A stretch of DNA of 64,000 bases from Candidatus Levybacteria bacterium RIFCSPHIGHO2_01_FULL_40_16 (GTDB lineage: Bacteria; Patescibacteriota; Microgenomatia; Levybacterales; UBA12049), in NCBI GenBank assembly GCA_001783805.1, contig MFNS01000005.1, forward strand, positions 1,636 to 65,635, read 5' to 3'. Positions 28,789 through 37,293 of this stretch are shown piece after piece; position 1 is the stretch's first letter; every line of letters begins with the position of its first letter. The notes under the pieces were generated by a model, which was not told the origin of the DNA, searched no databases, and was given only the letters and a program-made list of their open reading frames with translations. Made by a program: the position numbers and the translations under genes.

Positions 28789-29706
28789 CTAGAAATGAAA
28801 AATATTTGAGGTTAACAAATGGCTGGGTAATCCTTGAGCGTAAAGCTGCTGGGCTTGGGAAAGCGAAAAAGCTTGTTTATAAATACGCACATCATCAATT
28901 GAACCATTGAAATCATAATTAGTAGGATCGATACCGTAATAGCGGCCTATATAGCTATCGTATGTACCAGAATTAAAATCTCTCCCCGAATAAGTCCTTA
29001 TATTTATCAGCGCACCGTTTCTGTAATGCTTTATCTGCTTAATGTCGTTATTTAAAGTTACCGCAACAAAATACCATTTGCCCAATACCCATGGAACAGC
29101 AGTAGAATTATATTGTATCCAGCCACTTGAGTCTCCTACTTCGAGCCATAAAGTATCGTTACTTTGTATGCCCCACCAGAAATGTTGAGCTGCGGCTTCA
29201 GGTCCTTTATTTATTATTGTTGGAATATACTTCCTATCGTTCATCTTTATCCATGCAGTAAGGGTGAACCGTGAAAGACTATTCAAGCTTGTGCGATTTC
29301 CAATGCTCACATAGTCACCATTTCCATCAAAACCAAGCGCCTTATTACTCCTTTCCCTTCTGTCTGTTGTTGTGATTACACCACTTCCCGCTATTGAACC
29401 GTTATTTCCATAGCCTGACGTATCTGTTACGGGACTAAGAGAACCATCATCAAATGTCCATTCTCCCACCAGATCAAAAGCGAGATTGTTTTGCATGCTT
29501 GCCGAGAATGTCTCTGCTACGGCCAGATTGGCAGAGCTAATCTTTCCTGCAGGATCTATAGCTATGAGCACTCCTCCTCCCAAAACTCCCACCACTGCTA
29601 TGACTATTAAAAGCTCGATGAGGGTAAAACCACGTTCATGAAAACTGAATGTGGCAAACCCTTTTGCGCGCAGGATCAATTTCATGGAATAAGTTAAGTT
29701 AAGCAC
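28789..29706 (-). CDS. Type IV pilin-like protein with LamG/ConA-like domain (tandem paralog)
   Basis: 'GFTLIELLIVIAVVGVL'; 'GEWTFDD', 'FNGSIDDVRIYKQAFSLSQ' nearly identical to the neighbour. Start possibly 29685. Confidence 0.9.
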   Translation of the reverse strand: MLNLTYSMKLILRAKGFATFSFHERGFTLIELLIVIAVVGVLGGGVLIAIDPAGKISSANLAVAETFSASMQNNLAFDLVGEWTFDDGSLSPVTDTSGYGNNGSIAGSGVITTTDRRERSNKALGFDGNGDYVSIGNRTSLNSLSRFTLTAWIKMNDRKYIPTIINKGPEAAAQHFWWGIQSNDTLWLEVGDSSGWIQYNSTAVPWVLGKWYFVAVTLNNDIKQIKHYRNGALINIRTYSGRDFNSGTYDSYIGRYYGIDPTNYDFNGSIDDVRIYKQAFSLSQAQQLYAQGLPSHLLTSNIFHF

Positions 29707-29792
29707 ATCTATTAAATAAATTCAAACAAATTCAATTTCACGCTTAGTTAAAGAAGTCAGTATGATATACTTAAAACAAATTCAAAACTCAA

Positions 29793-32318
29793 ATGCCAAA
29801 ACTCAAAAGTATTACCGCAGATGCGGGATCCCGACTGAAAACTATCAGCGGGATAAACGAAAAGCATAATCCTTCAGAAATTGAACTTAAGTGGCAGAAG
29901 AGGTGGGAAGAAGCCAAAATTTATTCCCCAAATCTGGATAAAGCTCAAAAGCCTTTTTACAACCTCATGATGTTTCCGTATCCTTCGGCAGAGGGAATGC
30001 ATGTTGGCAACATGTATGCTTTCACAGGTGCAGATGTTTACGGCCGGTTTCAGCGAATGCAGGGAAAAGCGGTTTTTGAGCCGATTGGCCTGGACGGATT
30101 TGGAATTCACAGTGAAAATTACGCTATCAAAGCAAACAAGCATCCGGTCGAACAAGCCAGAACCTCTGAGAAAAATTTTTACAGACAGTTGAAAAGCATT
30201 GGTAACGGTTTTGATTGGACGCGGACTGTAGAGACCTACAAGCCTGAGTACTACAAATGGACGCAGTGGCTGTTTATCCAATTATTTAAGGCGGGTTTAG
30301 CCTACCGCAAAAAAGCTCCGGTTAATTTTTGCCCGTCCTGCAAGACTGTCTTAGCAGACGAACAAGTTGAGGATGGTTTGTGTGAGCGCTGTAATTCGAT
30401 AGCTGAGAAAAGAGATCTGGACCAGTGGTTTTTCAAGATTACGAAGTATGCTGATCGATTACTAGCTGGTTTGAGCCAGATTGATTGGGCGGAAAAAGTT
30501 AAAACCGCCCAAAAACAATGGATAGGGAAAAGCGAAGGGGTCAATCTTCGCTTCAAAATTAAAGATATGGATATTCATTTTGAAATGTTTGATTCTGTAC
30601 CCCAAACGTTTATGGCACAAACATTTACAGTTATTGCTCCCGAGCACAAAATGGTTTATGAATTAGTTAAGGGTACAGAACATGAAAAACCTGTCATGGA
30701 ATTTATAAAAACGATCAAAAAGAAAAAGTCGATTAATAAGTTTGATTTGGAGAAAAAACCTGAGGGTATATTTACCGGAAGATATCTGGAATATACGCCA
30801 ACAGGCAAGTCAATCCCAATTTGGGTTGCTTCATACGCTATTTACGGATATGGAACTGGCGTTGTTAACTGTAGTGCTCATGATGAGCGAGATTTTATCT
30901 TTGCTAAAAGATATGGCATATCTTTGCACCCAGTTATGTTTCCCAAGGATCCTGTGGAGGCTAAAAAAGTAAAAAATCTTGAATATTGCTATCATCATGC
31001 CGAAGATGGAATCTTACAGGAGCCAGTAGAATTCAAAGGGAGAAAATGGGAAGAGGTAAGAGGGGATATTGTACACTATATAGAAAAACAGGGCTATGGC
31101 AAAGCGCAAGCGCAATATCATCTGCGGGATTGGTTGATTTCAAGACAGAGGTATTGGGGTCCGCCAATCCCGATGATTTATTGCCAGACTTGCAGTTGGC
31201 AGCCGGTTCAGGAGAAAGATTTGCCGGTTAAGCTGCCATTCATAGAGGATTACAAGCCTTTGGGTACGGGGCAGGCGCCTTTGGCGAGCCATCCTGAATT
31301 TTACAAAACAAAATGCCCGAAATGCAAAGGAGACGCCAAAAGAGAAACTGATGTCTCAGATACTTTTCTGGACAGCGCCTGGTATTTCTTAAGATACGTC
31401 TCAACTGATATAGAAACTATGGCTTTTGATACAGAAAGGGTAAAAAAATGGTTGCCGGTCAATATGTATGTTGGCGGAGCAGAGCATTCGGTGCTGCACC
31501 TTTTGTATTCGCGGTTTATCACGATGTGTCTTCACGATTTGGGGCTGATTAGCTTCGAAGAGCCGTTTACGAAGTTCCGCGCGCATGGACTGATAGTCAA
31601 GGATGGCGCGAAAATGAGCAAAAGCAAAGGGAATATAGTGGTGCCTGATGCTTATATCAAGAAATTTGGCGCAGACAGCCTGCGCTGTTATCTTATGTTC
31701 ACCGGACCATTTGATATGGGCGGAAATTTCAGAGATTCTGGAATTGAAGGTATGAGTAGGTTTTTGAAGCGAGTCTGGGCTTTAGTCCACCGGAAAAAGG
31801 ACTCTATGAACAATAAAAGCGGCTCCAAGAAAAGTTTATTAGGATCTAATGAGGCTCTTGTTTTTATGAATAAAACAATTAAAAAAGTAACAGGAGACAT
31901 AGGGAATCTAAAATACAATACTGCTATAGCAGGTCTAATGGAATATTATAATTTTTTGTCTTCGCAAAAATATATTGCGATCGAAGAATTCAGAGTTTTA
32001 TTAAAACTTCTAGCACCTTTGGCTCCTCATATTGCTGAAGAATTGTGGGAGTATATTGGCGAAAAATTTTCTATCCATCAACAATTTCTCCCGGATTTTA
32101 ACGAAAGTATTCTAAAAGCTTCTTATCTGACAATAGCGATTCAGATTAATGGAAAACTTCGAGGTGTCTTAACAGTAACCAGCCAATTCTCAAAAGATAA
32201 AGACAGGGTTGAGCAGTTGGCAAAGGAGAGTGATAAAATAAAAAAATATTTGAAGGCCAAAGAGATTAAAAAAATTATTTATATTGAAGGTAAGGTAATC
32301 AATTTTGTGGTCACATAA
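29793..32318 (+). CDS. leuS: Leucine--tRNA ligase
   Basis: 'MFPYPSAEGMHVGN' (HIGH), 'DWLISRQRYWGPPIP', 'KMSKS'. Confidence 0.97.
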   Translation: MPKLKSITADAGSRLKTISGINEKHNPSEIELKWQKRWEEAKIYSPNLDKAQKPFYNLMMFPYPSAEGMHVGNMYAFTGADVYGRFQRMQGKAVFEPIGLDGFGIHSENYAIKANKHPVEQARTSEKNFYRQLKSIGNGFDWTRTVETYKPEYYKWTQWLFIQLFKAGLAYRKKAPVNFCPSCKTVLADEQVEDGLCERCNSIAEKRDLDQWFFKITKYADRLLAGLSQIDWAEKVKTAQKQWIGKSEGVNLRFKIKDMDIHFEMFDSVPQTFMAQTFTVIAPEHKMVYELVKGTEHEKPVMEFIKTIKKKKSINKFDLEKKPEGIFTGRYLEYTPTGKSIPIWVASYAIYGYGTGVVNCSAHDERDFIFAKRYGISLHPVMFPKDPVEAKKVKNLEYCYHHAEDGILQEPVEFKGRKWEEVRGDIVHYIEKQGYGKAQAQYHLRDWLISRQRYWGPPIPMIYCQTCSWQPVQEKDLPVKLPFIEDYKPLGTGQAPLASHPEFYKTKCPKCKGDAKRETDVSDTFLDSAWYFLRYVSTDIETMAFDTERVKKWLPVNMYVGGAEHSVLHLLYSRFITMCLHDLGLISFEEPFTKFRAHGLIVKDGAKMSKSKGNIVVPDAYIKKFGADSLRCYLMFTGPFDMGGNFRDSGIEGMSRFLKRVWALVHRKKDSMNNKSGSKKSLLGSNEALVFMNKTIKKVTGDIGNLKYNTAIAGLMEYYNFLSSQKYIAIEEFRVLLKLLAPLAPHIAEELWEYIGEKFSIHQQFLPDFNESILKASYLTIAIQINGKLRGVLTVTSQFSKDKDRVEQLAKESDKIKKYLKAKEIKKIIYIEGKVINFVVT

Positions 32319-32319
32319 G

Positions 32320-32943
32320 ATGGATGTTCGAGAGCTGGTTTCGAGGTATTTTCCTCTAATAAAAAAGAATTGGCTTCCCCTGAGCCTGGGGATCCTAGGA
32401 GTGATATTCTTTACATATGGTTTGATGGGGTTATTCGCGGCCAATAAGGCAAGTTCGGAAGATATCGTTTTCGAGGCTTCTTCAGAGAAGAATGCAGCTG
32501 AAGCTAAAACTATTTCGGTGGACATAGAAGGAGCAGTGGTAAAGCCGGGATTGTATAAATTACCACAGGAATCAAGAATTCAGGATGGTCTGGTTGCCGC
32601 AGGCGGGTTATCAGCTCAAGCGGATAGAGAATATATTGCCAGGAATCTGAACTTGGCAACGAAGCTAATTGATGGGGCAAAGGTATATGTTCCGATTATT
32701 GGGGAAGCAGTCGGTAAGGCGGAAGCGCTAAGCGTATCTTCGGAAGGAATAGCAGTTGGCGCTTTGCTAAATATAAATACAGCTTCGCAATCTCAGCTTG
32801 ATAGCTTACCCGGAATTGGTCCGGTGACAGCTCAGAAAATCATCACAGGAAGGCCGTATAGCTCTATAAATGAGTTATTAGATAAGAAAATAGTAGGTGC
32901 TAAAGTCTTTGATCAGATCAAAGGGAAAATTTCAGTTTATTAA
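32320..32943 (+). CDS. comEA: Competence DNA receptor ComEA
   Basis: TM, SLBB 'VDIEGAVVKPGLYKLP..SRIQD...AAGG', HhH 'NINTASQSQLDSLPGIGPVTAQKII'. Confidence 0.95.
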   Translation: MDVRELVSRYFPLIKKNWLPLSLGILGVIFFTYGLMGLFAANKASSEDIVFEASSEKNAAEAKTISVDIEGAVVKPGLYKLPQESRIQDGLVAAGGLSAQADREYIARNLNLATKLIDGAKVYVPIIGEAVGKAEALSVSSEGIAVGALLNINTASQSQLDSLPGIGPVTAQKIITGRPYSSINELLDKKIVGAKVFDQIKGKISVY

Positions 32944-34170
32944 TTGTTAATGAATTCAAAGCTGCTCGTATTCCTTTTGATAATTCTTAGCTTCAGATTC
33001 TATTATTTTTATCGCAACCAACCGCAATTAATGGATGGACAGATGCTTAGTTTTGAGGCGGCAATTCTATCTCAACCGCAGGCGGTTAACAGTCAACAGA
33101 TAATTGTTGCTAATTATCAGAATCAATCCTTCGGCGGGCTCAGGATCAGAATCGCAACCGGCCGTTTTCCGGAATTTAGTTATGGAGATTTCGTGCGTAT
33201 TTCAGGTTCCATAAGCAGTAAGAATGGTCGAGTGCTAATGTATTTTCCCAAAATTGAAGCAATTAATAATTCTTCCAATATCTTGCAGTCAAGCTTGAAA
33301 AACATAAATATACTCCGGCAAAAACTGATTATCTTATTTTCCAAAACACTTCCATCGCCGTCTTCAAGTCTTCTTCTGGGAATAATTTTTGGAATAAAAG
33401 AGCAAATGCCCAAAGATTTTTCTGACAACTTAAGAACCTCGGGAGTTTTTCATGTGATTGCCGCATCCGGAATGAACGTTACTTTAATCGGGGGATTTAT
33501 CAGTACGTTTTTTGCCTTTTTCGTTAAAAGGCAAATTGCAATTGGCTTAAGTATTTTAGGAATTTTATTTTACGCAGTTTTGGCAGGGCTTGAACCGTCA
33601 ATTATCAGAGCATCAATCATGGGAATTCTGGTTTTTTCTGCTCAAATTATGGGCAGGCAAACTCTGGCCATAAATGGTTTGACTTTGGCAGGGTTTGGAA
33701 TGCTTTTTATTGATCCAATGCTCCTGTCGGATGTGGGTTTTCAGCTTTCCTTTGCGGCAACACTCGGACTTATTCTTATTCCAAAAATTAGGGCGATTGG
33801 GAGAATTTGGGTGATTGGCAATGACATAAATACTACAATTGCTGCACAAGTTGCCACTTTGCCGATTCTTCTGGCGAATTTTGGAACTTATTCAATCTAT
33901 TCTATCCTAGTCAATGGATTGGTGCTTTGGACAGTGCCGATATTAATGATGATCGGAGGAATCGGAGCTGTCCTAGGGCTGATTTTAGAGCCTTTTGGGC
34001 AATTATTAATCTATTTATCCTTCCCGCTTTTGCTTTATTTTGAAACAATAGTAAATTTCTTCGGAGAAATTGGCGGAATAATGGCACTTAAAAATTTTCC
34101 TTGGCAATTTACTGTCGGATATTATTGCTTGTTAATTTCGGTATTGCTTATTTTTAAAAGAGGAAAATGA
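32944..34170 (+). CDS. comEC: Competence channel ComEC (membrane domain)
   Basis: 'SGVFHVIAASGMN', 'PSIIRASIM', 'DVGFQLSFAAT'. Confidence 0.93.
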   Translation: MLMNSKLLVFLLIILSFRFYYFYRNQPQLMDGQMLSFEAAILSQPQAVNSQQIIVANYQNQSFGGLRIRIATGRFPEFSYGDFVRISGSISSKNGRVLMYFPKIEAINNSSNILQSSLKNINILRQKLIILFSKTLPSPSSSLLLGIIFGIKEQMPKDFSDNLRTSGVFHVIAASGMNVTLIGGFISTFFAFFVKRQIAIGLSILGILFYAVLAGLEPSIIRASIMGILVFSAQIMGRQTLAINGLTLAGFGMLFIDPMLLSDVGFQLSFAATLGLILIPKIRAIGRIWVIGNDINTTIAAQVATLPILLANFGTYSIYSILVNGLVLWTVPILMMIGGIGAVLGLILEPFGQLLIYLSFPLLLYFETIVNFFGEIGGIMALKNFPWQFTVGYYCLLISVLLIFKRGK

Positions 34171-34201
34171 CCCTTCGGTAAGCTCAGGGTAAAATTAAAG
34201 T

Positions 34202-35080
34202 ATGAGAAAGTTTTTGTTAATTTCAAGTGTTCTTCTCTTTTTGTTGGGCTGCATCTTTGTATATCAAAACATAATCTATAATGACAAAAAATTGCATGTG
34301 GTGATTTGCAATGTCGGACAGGGGGATGCGATTTTCGTCAGAACGCCAAGCGGATCGGATATTCTAATTGACGGCGGGCCGGACGATTCGGTTTTAAATT
34401 GTTTGGGAAAACATATGCCTTTCTGGGACAGGACTTTGGAACTTGTGATGCTTTCCCATCCGCACACATATCATTTTATGGGTCTCTTTTCGGTTTTACA
34501 AAATTATAAAGTCACAGCATTTGCGTCAGAGAATTTAAGCAACAAAACTACAGGATTTAGCAATCTGATGGATAAAATTAAAACGCAAAACATTCCGATA
34601 AAATTTCTTTTTGCAGGAGACAGATTCGTTTTGAAAGACGGAATTATGCTGAAAATTGTCGGACCGACACAAGAGTTTCTTAATCGGACAAGTCCCGGAG
34701 GCACAATCGGGGAGAGCAGTGAATTTGCATCTTTGGAAACCCTAGTTAAATATAAAAAGTTTTCTGTATTGTTGACGGGGGACAGTCAGGTAGCGGAACT
34801 TGGAGATATCCTTCCCCCGACGCTTCGGGGTCAGGATGACATCCCTTTATCGGTTCTTCAAGTGCCGCATCATGGATCAAGATTCGGCTTAACCGCAGAC
34901 ATTCTGGATGTTTTAAGCCCAAAACTCGCGGTGATTTCTGTCGGTAAAAACAACAAATACGGTCATCCAACGCCATTCATTTTAGACTTATTAAAATCCG
35001 CAAACATCAAAACCCTGCGGACGGACCAAATCGGGGATATTGAGATAGTTTCGGATGGGGCGAGTTGGAAGACAAGATAA
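34202..35080 (+). CDS. ComEC-associated MBL-fold nuclease (split gene)
   Basis: 'NVGQGDAI', 'LIDGG', 'SHPHTYH', 'LLTGD', 'VPHHGS', 'N.YGHP', 'RTDQ.G'. Confidence 0.92.
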   Translation: MRKFLLISSVLLFLLGCIFVYQNIIYNDKKLHVVICNVGQGDAIFVRTPSGSDILIDGGPDDSVLNCLGKHMPFWDRTLELVMLSHPHTYHFMGLFSVLQNYKVTAFASENLSNKTTGFSNLMDKIKTQNIPIKFLFAGDRFVLKDGIMLKIVGPTQEFLNRTSPGGTIGESSEFASLETLVKYKKFSVLLTGDSQVAELGDILPPTLRGQDDIPLSVLQVPHHGSRFGLTADILDVLSPKLAVISVGKNNKYGHPTPFILDLLKSANIKTLRTDQIGDIEIVSDGASWKTR

Positions 35081-35109
35081 ACTCCTTGATGTTTCAGATC
35101 TTAACTTTT

Positions 35110-35472
35110 TTATGCCGTTAAAGGATTTTCTCCTTTGGTAATTTTTCCAATTCCTCCCGCAATAGCGGCAGTTAAACCGCCTATGGTCAAGAGCTGATCT
35201 AATCTGTTTCTGGGTAATTGGACAAACTGTTGATATTGCTCGGACTCCTGCCCTCCTTGTATTTGGCTGACCATATATCCGCTGTCTAAGTATCCCGCGG
35301 TCAAGGATAGAATGCCTATTATTCCTACTGTTAAACAAATATCTTCTTTGGACATTTTAGGTAATACGATTTCCATCTGTCTGGGAGCTTTTGTTCTATC
35401 GATATTTCTGATTAACCAGTCGCCAGCGCCGTCAACAGTTTTCGTAAATGAATTCGGGTGTCTTTCTGTCAT
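35110..35472 (-). CDS. Hypothetical two-TM protein
   Basis: Two hydrophobic segments; own promoter TTGACA(35515-35510)-16 nt-TATAAT(35493-35488) on the minus strand. Confidence 0.6.
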   Translation of the reverse strand: MTERHPNSFTKTVDGAGDWLIRNIDRTKAPRQMEIVLPKMSKEDICLTVGIIGILSLTAGYLDSGYMVSQIQGGQESEQYQQFVQLPRNRLDQLLTIGGLTAAIAGGIGKITKGENPLTA

Positions 35473-35522
35473 TTGTATTTTAAGAACATTATAAACATAA
35501 AATTTGTTTTGTCAAAGAGATT

Positions 35523-35555
35523 TTAATTAACAGTTTGGGAGAGTTTGGAAAGAGG
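35523..35555 (-). repeat. Duplicated 3' end of the histidine kinase gene (PLSKLSQTVN*)
   Basis: 30/33 nt identical to 37294-37326; the three changes are synonymous third positions. Confidence 0.85.
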
Positions 35556-35855
35556 CGACGAAATTATTCCCGACGGAAAAACGTGGAAAGCAAAAAACTT
35601 CTTCTTATCAGACTTGCAGGGTATCTCCTTGCAAGGCGGAGCTTAAATCAGTCAAATATTACATTTTGCGACGTGAAAAGCAGGCGGGGAGAGTTTGCCA
35701 AGAGGCGCAATATTTTTGCTTAACCTGTTTTTTAGTAGGTTTGCAAGGCCTGGCCTCTTCGAGCCTGAGCGACGGCCTCAAAGCCGAAGGCTTGCGAAGC
35801 TAATAATTGCATTTGACAAGATTTTAATAATGGAATAAAGTATTAGAAAGCTAAG

Positions 35856-36215
35856 ATGAAATTTTTTGAAGCTCGTGAAGGTCGTTTAAAATTTGAAAAT
35901 AAAGTAAATGGAGAGGGGTGCGCGTCAGTTACGAGAGTCTATGAACTTAAGGGCGAAGTTCAGGGCGTGGGCTTTAGAGACTTTTGCGATATGCGAGTTA
36001 GCGATCCTCGAGTCAACTGTTTTCCCATGAATATGAAAGATAGAAGCACTGTCAGAGTGGTTCTTCAGGGACAGTCAGACATTCTCGATGAATATATGAC
36101 TAATCTTTGTCAAGAGGCAACAAAAAAATTGCATATCTCTTTGCCGATGGTAAGTTTGAAAAAGGAAGGTCCGATAGTGACTGGAAGGAAGTTTAAAAAC
36201 CTTTTTAAGGAGTAA
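35856..36215 (+). CDS. Acylphosphatase-like protein
   Basis: 'GEVQGVGFR' phosphate loop with the catalytic Arg and a downstream Asn ('MNMKD..TV.VV.QG'). Confidence 0.75.
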   Translation: MKFFEAREGRLKFENKVNGEGCASVTRVYELKGEVQGVGFRDFCDMRVSDPRVNCFPMNMKDRSTVRVVLQGQSDILDEYMTNLCQEATKKLHISLPMVSLKKEGPIVTGRKFKNLFKE

Positions 36216-36271
36216 ACTATAACCTCTTTATTTTCTGTTACTTTATCTTTCCGTGATTCTTAAATGAAGAA

Positions 36272-36304
36272 CTAATTCACAGTTTGGGAGAGTTTTGTTA
36301 GGGG
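36272..36304 (-). repeat. Duplicated 3' end of the histidine kinase gene (PLTKLSQTVN*)
   Basis: Same peptide with one S>T change, synonymous changes elsewhere and a TAG stop. Confidence 0.8.
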
Positions 36305-36318
36305 ACATCGAAATTATT

Positions 36319-36750
36319 TCAGGCGGAAGGACTTGGAGAATTAATTAAATCTTTTTTTAGCTTTAAATAGACTACCGTAAATATATGGGTGGGGTGATTA
36401 ATAAACCATTCCAACATTTTTTCTTTGGTAACCCTTCTTACAGGAGCATCACACATTTCCCTGTCAATTACAAATTTTCTGTCACTTTTATCAATGATTG
36501 CAAGATGTTCCAAAAGCGGTTCTTTTGAGCTTTTTATTTTTGTAGTTAGGCCAATTACATCCGCTTCTTCTTCGGTAACAATAAAAAACTTTTCCATGAG
36601 AGATTGATAGCTTGGTCTATCTATCCATTTGTCTTCTTTTTGCAATCCAAACGTATAAAAAGCGAAGCCAAAGCAATTGAACTTCTGTTTTGTGCGAAAT
36701 TTAGTTTCTTGTTCCACTGGGGCGGATTTTAACATAACAAAAATACACAT
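36319..36750 (-). CDS. Hypothetical protein
   Basis: 143-aa orphan ORF; 'NCFGFA...L' and 'HLAI' may hint at a papain-like fold (weak). Confidence 0.55.
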   Translation of the reverse strand: MCIFVMLKSAPVEQETKFRTKQKFNCFGFAFYTFGLQKEDKWIDRPSYQSLMEKFFIVTEEEADVIGLTTKIKSSKEPLLEHLAIIDKSDRKFVIDREMCDAPVRRVTKEKMLEWFINHPTHIFTVVYLKLKKDLINSPSPSA

Positions 36751-37084
36751 GCAATGATTATTTTAAATTTGACATGAGACTTATAGCGTGGCATAAGCTG
36801 TTCATGGGAAAAGCAGAAATCTTAGAAAGAATTAATAGGCTAGGGCAGAATCTATTCCAGAGAGCAAGATCTAAGGAAAAAACGCTCCCAAAGAAAATCC
36901 CTACGAAAGGATAAAGGTAATATATGAATAGTTGCCCAAAAATTCAGATTCGATTGTAAGTACAAAAACTTTATTGATTAAGAACAAATCAGGCCGAAAA
37001 TCAAAGATTTACTTTTATCCATCTATTTGTTCGGATTCGATGTATGCTCAGACGGGCTGAGTTGGAAAGTTAACTAATTTTTTT

Positions 37085-37282
37085 ACTTACTTTTGACCGC
37101 AAAAGTAACAAAACTCTGCGAGCGGTAAAGTCGCGCTACATTTTTTCGCTCGTTTTGTCGGGTGATTTGCACCCCCTCCTCGATTCCGATCGAATCGGAA
37201 CGAGGAATCCCCCTGACAACTCGCTCAAAAATGCCTCCTGCCTGCCGGCAGGCAGGTAACGCGCTTTGTTTAATGCTCGCAC
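37085..37282 (+). repeat. Dispersed structured element, copy 3
   Basis: TTACTTTTG-ACCG-CAAAAGTAA hairpin; same core; apical TTCCGAT-CGA-ATCGGAA; nested CCTGCCTGCCGGCAGGCAGG. Confidence 0.85.
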
Positions 37283-37293
37283 TTATTTTTAAT

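Noticed and set aside
27842-29706. Diversity-generating retroelement acting on the pilins
   Set aside because: No reverse transcriptase and no template/variable repeat pair with adenine-specific mismatches was seen.
36804-36914. 36-aa ORF behind a TTGACA promoter (also a 48-aa ORF at 1559-1705)
   Set aside because: Too short and motif-free to support; possibly decayed cargo genes.
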